Below, piece after piece: positions 22,795 through 28,420 of a DNA stretch of 28,420 nt. The translations under genes were made by a program, and so were the position numbers. The stretch spans positions 62,001-90,420 of the forward strand of contig KZ538697.1 in the NCBI GenBank assembly GCA_000934665.2, given 5' to 3'. Origin of the DNA: Catajapyx aquilonaris (taxonomy: Eukaryota). The stretch's first letter is position 1, and each line of letters starts with the position of its first letter. The notes under the pieces were generated by a model that was given only the letters and a program-made list of their open reading frames with translations, searched no databases and was not told where the DNA came from.

Positions 22795-24660
22795 GACACA
22801 CCATCATGTATCCTTTTTCCCTAAAGCCACCAGAAAGGGATGTGAAGCCTTTTGCGACAGACTGCACCCCACTCTCCGATGGCGATCAGAGCTATGCATT
22901 TCCTCTGCAGCTGACCACAGTCAGAACCCGTGCATCCTACCCAAATGATGCCAACTCCTCTTACATCCCAGTCAACCTGATAAGTAGCACCTCTCGGTCA
23001 GGCAGCAATGGAAGTGGGCTGACACAGAACCAAACCCGGGCCTGCCCTATCACAGTGAGCTCCCAGCTAACCTTTCTTTTCCTCCCCCTGATCCTGAAAT
23101 ATGAAATAGTAGGATCTCATCACATTTTTATGTAGCTGAAGCATTTCACATTAATTTTATTTGTGTATTTGTAAAGTGAGATAGGTTTGCGATAGTGCAG
23201 TTTTTAAAATTTCACTGTGTTGTTTCTAATAAGGCTCTCAAGAGTATGCAACAAGCACATAGTATTGTTCAAATCTGTTGAAATTGCCAGGAATAAGTGT
23301 GCTCTACAAGTTTGTGTTCAGTGTTGCATTAATGTTCACAGTAACGTATATCAACAAGCCTGTGGATAGGAAGAAACAGTGATAATATATTAATGTATGT
23401 ATTAGGCACTTCTTCAAAATCAGTAAACAAGATTTTGCAGTAACATTATAGCATTCTCTCGATATAGTTACCTTGAAGAGTTGTGGCTTCCTCATAGTCA
23501 CTGGTATCCCTTACAGTTACAGGAACAAACTGTGAAGTAAACGTAATGTATGTGCACATAATTATGTATGAAGCATTGCAAGTACGAATTTTTTTACTAC
23601 ATGCTAAGATGAGTTCCTGTAGGGAGGGATAGTATATGGACACAAGTTTTCAGTTTTCCTCAGTTGTCCACTGCTATGGATACCGTATTTGCTTTGTTAT
23701 GCACTGGACATTGGTCATGTTTCCTAACTTCCTTCTTGCTCCCTGAAACCCGAGACATTCCTTGGAAGAAAACTTTCTAATTCACAGTTTATTTAGCACT
23801 CAAATGACATCAAGAGGAAACTGCATTACGCATTAAGAATTTCAGTCAATTTATTTTCCATTGCCCACAGTGTGTAGTCCCACTTTGGATTCGATGAGCT
23901 GCAAGAGTATGGGACAATGCCTTGTTAAACTTTGGTTTATGTCATCAAGACCATCCAGATTGTGCATTTATGTTCAGTGATTGGATTCGTGCATTTGCGA
24001 TGTAATATTATTACTATTTGTATTCATTCTCTCCCCCTTTTCCCACTAGGTCCAGTGGCTGCTGGACAACTATGAGACAGCTGAAGGAGTGAGCCTTCCT
24101 CGGTCAACGTTGTATGCCCATTACCTCCGGCACTGTAATGAACACAAGCTGGACCCAGTGAATGCAGCCTCCTTTGGCAAGCTGATCCGATCCGTGTTCC
24201 TAGGTTTGCGCACCCGCCGCCTAGGCACTAGAGGGAACTCCAAGTATCACTATTATGGAATCAGGGTGAAGCCCACATCTCCGCTCAATCAGGTGATTAT
24301 GTTGTACTATTAGGGGGCAGTACTGTGGCGTAGGGGTTACCATCACAGCATTCCACTTGTAAAGGACCCATGTTCAATCCCTGGGTTGTAGAGAGGGTTT
24401 TCTCATGGGGAAAGAGCTTCGATGGGTTTTCTCTGTGTTTGCATGCATTTTCGGGGGATCCTCCTGCTCTTTTCCCATGTCAAAACCCATCAGCAGTGCA
24501 GGAATGGAGAATAAAAATGGAAATGGAAGAGGAATACCTAAGAAGGCACAGGCCTTGTGTGGAAGGAGTGTTTCAAGGCTGCTTAGCATGGGTTTTCAGT
24601 ATTGCAATTATTCTGCATCCTCAGTGCTCTGAAGGAGTCAGTGATAGTGCATTATTATAT

Positions 24661-24727
<67 letters not shown>

Positions 24728-25004
24728 GGATACCCCGTGATAGGCCCCTTGGGCCTCTTAGGGGATCGTCTTTTTGAATAACCGACTTTAATCATTTACC
24801 TGTAATGTGATGGATTTTGATAGCGGGAGGAAACGGGAGAACCCCGAGAAAACCCACGCGAACACGGAGAGAACCCATCGAAACTCTATCCACATAAGTA
24901 TCCTCCGTCCGACCCGGGGATCGAACTCGGGACCTTAGAGGTGGAAGGCTAACCACTCCGCCACCGTGTCGCCCACTTATTATTATTACTACTACTACTA
25001 CTTC

Positions 25005-25073
<69 letters not shown>

Positions 25074-27826
25074 TATTATTTCCAGGTCACTGCCGCTTCA
25101 ACAGGTGAAGATGGCAATGGAGCTGTTGGTGGCCAATTGCAGATACAGGGTGGGCAAGGACAAGTGACGCCTGCACAGCAGCAGCAAGGAGGGCAGACGC
25201 AACCAACAATCAGGCAACAACCAGCATACCAGAAGAGGTTTAATAAAACAGTGGGAGCAAAAACTGAGTATGACGGAAATGCCACAGGTGGAGCTGGCCC
25301 ACACAACTCGGGCTCTGATTCCACGTCGCCCCAGCACCACCAGTATTTAGGAGACCCAACAGGAGCTGTGCCAGCCCTGCCCGAAATTGACACTGATCTT
25401 TGCTTGCTCCCAGACTCACTTACCCAAGACGATGTGGATACCTTTCGCAGTATGTACGGAGACCATTGTGAATCGCTCCTAGAAGCAGTGACCGCACTCC
25501 AGTTTACCTCGGTGGAGCAGCTGTGGCGCCAGTTCTGGCGGGGCCCCAATAACAACAACAACAGTGAGTCCGAGTGTGAAAAGGCACTTCCAAAAGCGAA
25601 GCTCTACATGTTGTGCAAGCTGGAACCAGTGCAGAAATTTGTTCGGTCCGTTGACTACCAGTTCTACCAGAACTTGGTGGATGTTTTGATAGCAGACGTG
25701 TTGAGGCCCATACCCAGCTCCCTGACGCAGGCCATCCGCAACTTCGCCAAGGGGCTGGAGGGATGGATGACTTCAGCCATGAACGGGAGCCCAGAGGATA
25801 TGTTGCATGTGAAGGTGCCCGCTGTTAGTGCATTTGCGCAGACGCTCCGAAGGTACACCTCGCTGAACCACCTGGCCCAGGCGGCCAGGGCCGTCCTTCA
25901 GAACGCCGCCCAGATCAACCAGATGCTGGCTGACCTTAACCGGGTTGATTTCCATAACGTCCAGGAGCAGGTATGTTATGCTTCTCAGTAATAATATTGT
26001 GCATACAGGAAGATGAAAGGTTGGTTGGTTGGTTGGTATAGGAAGGGTTACCCAGCTTGTATGGCTCTGTCTGAGTCGAGCCTTGGCAGCCGGGGGTAGG
26101 AGAGGAAGGTGTGGGATTGCAAGGTAGGGTGGGTTAGAAGGGTGGGGGAGAGGAGGGCTGGCCCCGGCTGTACTGCAATGCCGGGTCCAACCCAGGGACG
26201 GGGGTGGGATATTCTCCCAAGCACCCCGTCCGACCAAGAAATGCGAGTCAGGTCCGAGGACCTTTCGAGGAAGAGAGTACCGTCGCTGGCGAACCAGCCG
26301 GGACCTCATATACATGTATGATATTATATATTTAAGATGAAAGGAAAACAACAAAATCAAGGCATCAGATTTTCTCCATTTCTGTCAACCTACTTGTAAT
26401 TAACAAGAAATGTGAAGCAGGCTGGAAGAAGGCTGCTTGCATACTTATGACAACATATTGGTTGTCTGTTGCCTCAAGTAGTACGTAAGGTGACAATCAC
26501 CTAGTGAATTTTAGACAGTAGTAAAAGAGTTATATGACACACATGAGAATGATAGTGTTACCATAATGGTGTCTAAAGGGCACTCTGGGACATTTGCAGG
26601 CCTCGTGGGTCTGCCAGTGCGAAGACGGCCTGGTGTCCCAACTGGAGGCAGACTTCAAGGTGACACTGCAACAGCAGAACTCCCTGGAGCAGTGGGCTGC
26701 CTGGCTGGAAGGTGTTGTCAACCAGGTGCTCAAGCCATATGAGGGGAAGCCTGACTTTGCCAAGGCTGCCCGACAGTTCCTGCTCAAGTGGTCCTTTTAC
26801 AGGTACCGGTATTGTTCTGTTTTAGTAAGTCTTGGATATGAACAGCTTGAAGAGGATGGGGAGATTAACTGCAATTTGCTTCTTTCTTTATTCAACAGCT
26901 CTATGGTCATAAGGGACTTGACGCTGCGCAGCGCAGCAAGCTTCGGGTCCTTCCACTTGATCCGTCTTCTGTACGACGAGTATATGTTTTACCTCATAGA
27001 GCACAGGGTAGCCTCAGCCACCGGGGAGACACCCATCGCGGTCATGGGCGAGGTAAACCACATGCAATACATTTTGTTTTCATGATGAAGGTGTCAGGGT
27101 GGTTTGTATTATTCCATCATAAAGGCCATGGTATCGAACTGTTGATTAATAGCTTATGCATAATTTGTAGTTAGATTGTTATGCGGGAATGAAATATTTG
27201 CATTTCTAATTAAACAGTGGGAAGTTTTTTCAACCCAACGCTGTAAAAGTAAGTCTGTTTTGCCTTTTTGGCAGTCCATGCAGGTCTGTTAAATTAGGAA
27301 CAAGCAAGAATATGTAGCTTTGATATTTTATTTTATGTTTTATATTTATTTTAGTCCAATGTACATATTTATAAAAACTTCAACACTTTTCCTTTTTGGC
27401 CAGAAGCCTCGTGAGATTTTGATGCCCCTGCCGCCATCCCCTCCGTCCCTGGGCAGCAGCAATCCGTCCACCTCTGAGTCCGACATCAAGGGCGAAGGGG
27501 TAAACAACATGAGCCTAGGTGGAGGTGATGGCAACAGCAGCGGCAACGTGTACAACAATGGATTGATGGTCTCGCCCACGTCTGTCTCTGCTGCTGGCAT
27601 CGGCACTAGCATCAACGGCAGTGGCGTCATGTCTAACCACCACCACCAGCATCACCAGCAGCAGCAGCAAGCACAGCACCAGCAGCACCATCACCATCAC
27701 CTCCCACAGCAGTTGCAGCAGCACCACCAGCAACAACAGCAGGACCAGAAGATGGTGATGGTTGCCATACCATTGCATGACGGAAGTGGTGAGACACCGA
27801 CTGCAAAGAGGCTCAAGACCAGCTAA
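16439..27826 (+). CDS. Rfx: RFX1/2/3-family winged-helix transcription factor, spliced gene (long isoform roughly 960 aa)
   Basis: Exons translate to hallmark RFX motifs: [44 protein letters not shown]...[15 protein letters not shown] (DBD), [80 protein letters not shown] (dimerisation). GT-AG junctions are phase-compatible except one unresolved junction between 18654 and 20008. Confidence 0.97.
18537..18654 (+). CDS. Rfx: Rfx exon (VSEADG...[22 protein letters not shown]), activation-domain region
   Basis: ttcttgcag acceptor ending 18536; phase 1 matches the previous exon; 118 nt open; motif matches RFX2/3 VQYVEGSDTVYTNG; donor AT|GTAACT (phase 2). Not in the ORF track. Confidence 0.9.
20008..20061 (+). 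CDS. Rfx: Rfx small exon (..[14 protein letters not shown]); 5' boundary uncertain
   Basis: Strong donor CAG|GTGAGT at 20062 (phase 0) joining VTG of the next exon; Tyr/Thr-rich peptide typical of this RFX region. The apparent acceptor tgtag ends at 20007, but an N lies at 20019 and the phase does not match the preceding exon. Confidence 0.7.
21017..21163 (+). CDS. Rfx: Rfx exon (VTGSISQG...[10 protein letters not shown]...AARASPQA)
   Basis: ctcctctctttag acceptor; 147 nt = 49 codons open; GTAAGT donor at 21164; GGTYLI and RASP motifs of the RFX N-terminal region. Confidence 0.9.
21343..21447 (+). CDS. Rfx: Rfx exon ((Q)[10 protein letters not shown]...[10 protein letters not shown]), immediately N-terminal to the DBD
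   Basis: ctccagcag tandem acceptor (start 21343 or 21346); donor ACG|GTACGT at 21448 (phase 0); [10 protein letters not shown] matches the conserved SHTTRASPAT that precedes VQWL. Confidence 0.92.
21518..21639 (+). promoter_or_regulatory. Putative internal promoter: TGCGCGCGCA palindrome (21518-21527), CRE GTGACGTCAC (21535-21544), X-box-like GTTGCC-CCT-GGAGAT (21625-21639)
   Basis: Motif cluster in a CpG-dense patch directly 5' of ATG 21643. Confidence 0.5.
21643..21906 (+). CDS. Rfx: Putative alternative first coding exon of Rfx, acidic/hydrophobic 88 aa (MWSQVG...QVQES)
   Basis: GC-rich island with strong coding-like codon usage (CTG, GAG, GAC, TTC) inside an AT-rich intron; ATG at 21643; TCG|GTATAT phase-0 donor at 21907, where composition drops back to intronic. 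Confidence 0.7.
22177..22292. repeat. Near-perfect palindrome / fold-back element, 116 bp
   Basis: GAGTCTCTCATGATCAATTTTTAATGCTCTTCTAATGCTC..TGATGCTTTTT pairs with AAAAAGCATCA..GAGCATTAGAATAGCATTAAAAATTGATCATGAGAGACTC around a short loop. Confidence 0.9.
22328..22466. mobile_element. MITE with 46-bp TIRs and TA termini
   Basis: 22328-22373 versus reverse complement of 22421-22466: 4 mismatches in 46; both ends are TA, compatible with a Tc1/mariner-type TA duplication. Confidence 0.8.
22765..22794. repeat. (ATT)n microsatellite
   Basis: About 10 ATT units. Confidence 0.9.
22827..23054 (+). CDS. Rfx: Putative alternative Rfx exon (PPERDVKPF...QTRACPIT); shorter form may start at 22911
   Basis: Pyrimidine tract cctttttccctaaag ending 22826 (second acceptor tttcctctgcag ending 22910, same frame); 228 nt open; ACA|GTGAGC phase-0 donor at 23055; ends in TRACPIT, a variant of TRASPAT. 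Confidence 0.7.
24050..24292 (+). CDS. Rfx: Rfx DNA-binding (winged-helix) domain exon
   Basis: Long pyrimidine tract + tag acceptor; [90 protein letters not shown] donor; 243 nt. Confidence 0.98.
24314..24490 (+). mobile_element. Degenerate tRNA-derived SINE with V-domain-like core
   Basis: tRNA-like head (TGGCGTAGGGG; GTTCAATCC) followed by GAGCTTCGATGGGTTTTCTCTGTGTTTGCATGC..., alignable by eye to the minus-strand copy downstream. Confidence 0.65.
24662..24974 (-). mobile_element. tRNA-derived SINE with V-domain-like core and (AAT)n tail
   Basis: Minus strand reads GGGCGACACGG-TGGCGGAGTGG (A box, 24953-24963)...GTTCGATCC (B box, 24918-24926)...GTTCTCTCCGTGTTCGCGTGGGTTTTCTCGGGGTTCTCCCGTTTCCTCCC (V-SINE-like), then a 3' stem-loop region and (AAT)n. 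Confidence 0.85.
24977..25080. repeat. (ATT/ACT)n microsatellite abutting the splice acceptor
   Basis: About 34 trinucleotide units directly before TTTCCAG. Confidence 0.95.
25086..25970 (+). CDS. Rfx: Rfx exon: post-DBD linker, B and C boxes, start of dimerisation domain
   Basis: tttccag acceptor ending 25085; 885 nt open; [63 protein letters not shown] donor at 25971. Confidence 0.96.
26021..26333 (-). mobile_element. GC-rich retroposed insertion (SINE or LINE 3' remnant) with (CCAA)n tail
   Basis: Flanked by the 11-bp direct repeat AAGATGAAAGG (26010-26020 and 26334-26344); GGTT repeats at the left end read (CCAA)n on the minus strand; composition contrasts with the AT-rich intron. Confidence 0.6.
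26600..26802 (+). CDS. Rfx: Rfx dimerisation-domain exon (ASWVCQC...QFLLKWSFY)
   Basis: tttgcag acceptor ending 26599; continues VQEQ|ASWVC; AG|GTACCG donor, phase 2. Confidence 0.96.
26899..27052 (+). CDS. Rfx: Rfx dimerisation-domain exon ([29 protein letters not shown]...PIAVMGE)
   Basis: ttcaacag acceptor ending 26898; restores conserved WSFYSSMVIRD; GAG|GTAAAC donor at 27053. Confidence 0.96.
27404..27826 (+). CDS. Rfx: Rfx terminal coding exon, Ser/Gly- and His/Gln-rich, ending in basic PTAKRLKTS
   Basis: cttttcctttttggccag acceptor ending 27403 (CAGAAG tandem site allows 27407); phase 0; TAA at 27824-27826; C-terminal AKR.K motif resembles the RFX2/3 C-terminal basic motif. Confidence 0.88.
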   Translation, partial: KPREILMPLPPSPPSLGSSNPSTSESDIKGEGVNNMSLGGGDGNSSGNVYNNGLMVSPTSVSAAGIGTSINGSGVMSNHHHQHHQQQQQAQHQQHHHHHLPQQLQQHHQQQQQDQKMVMVAIPLHDGSGETPTAKRLKTS

Positions 27827-28420
27827 CATCCCAAGGAGCTTTGTTACTCCCGCCTGTCCGCATCCTCGTTTTTTGTGCCCCCACGTACTGGTACCATTTC
27901 CAGTTGAGTTTGTTTGAGTAGCCGTGTGTGTGACGGGTTTTCCTTGAGATGACTTGCTTATAAATTCTTTTTTTTTAAAGTCCTTTCACGACGGTGTGAT
28001 TCACTGCATGCGAGGGGAGAGAGAGAGAGAGAGCGTGAGAGAGACGTCTCAAACCATTCCTACTCTGTACTCCTATCTCCACCTTTTTCCCAATTATTGT
28101 TCCCACCTTTTCTTTATTTTTTTTATAACATAATATTTTATGACCAAGCAAGTTAGATAGGTTGAAATCAGTTTCCAACGATTGTTGGAGATGTCCGGAA
28201 CAGCCTCTTCTGTGGCATTGTTCACCTATTATTGTGACCTCTTTTAAAATGCAGATCGGGGCCATTGTTTGAGGTAGTGGAAGGAGTGGCAGTTCTCATC
28301 AGGTGTGAATGACAAATTAAGCATTTTACTTAAACAAACAGTATTTTGTTAAAGATTGACTGTTTTCTGTGTTGTTTTGTGCTGTAGGACAGTTTTTTTT
28401 TTTTTTTTTTTTGTAACTTG

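Noticed and set aside
24370..24777. ORF with poly-Leu resembling a membrane protein
   Set aside because: Translation of SINE sequence plus an (ATT)n microsatellite.
24900..24974. tRNA gene
   Set aside because: A/B boxes are present but there is no complete cloverleaf, and it continues into a SINE core and tail.
24966..25085. Poly-Tyr N-terminus of the 341 aa ORF
   Set aside because: Intronic microsatellite; the real exon starts after the AG at 25084-25085.
26190..26310. Possible HDV-like or hammerhead ribozyme at the 5' end of the insertion (TCCTCG loops)
   Set aside because: Manual fitting failed to give a full P1 helix and a J4/2 catalytic C-x-A-A strand; no CUGANGA core.
27827..28420. 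miRNA seed-like 6-mers (AGCTTT, K-box TGTGAT) and a poly(A) signal in the 3'UTR
   Set aside because: Single 6-mers are expected by chance; no AATAAA seen, so the UTR probably extends beyond the window.

Overview
Eukaryotic (most likely arthropod, given the TTAGG repeats and protein style) genomic window. It is dominated by one + strand, intron-containing gene for an RFX1/2/3-class (Drosophila Rfx / C. elegans daf-19-like) winged-helix transcription factor. Its coding exons run from ATG 16439 to TAA 27826 and encode an N-terminal activation-type region, the RFX DNA-binding domain, the B/C/dimerisation domains and a Q/H-rich tail. The first ~16 kb is non-coding (upstream DNA or 5'UTR introns) with several RFX X-box motifs, small inverted-repeat elements and an assembly gap. 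The most interesting structure is inside the intron before the DBD exon. It appears to hold a second, self-contained N-terminal module: a CpG-rich promoter-like patch with a CRE and an X-box, an acidic 88-codon exon, and a further exon ending in its own copy of the pre-DBD 'TRASPAT' motif. This would give a ~799 aa alternative isoform. Introns also contain hairpin MITEs and an inverted pair of V-domain-like tRNA SINEs. All splice models are read by eye from GT/AG signals, phase and family motifs, with no transcript data.
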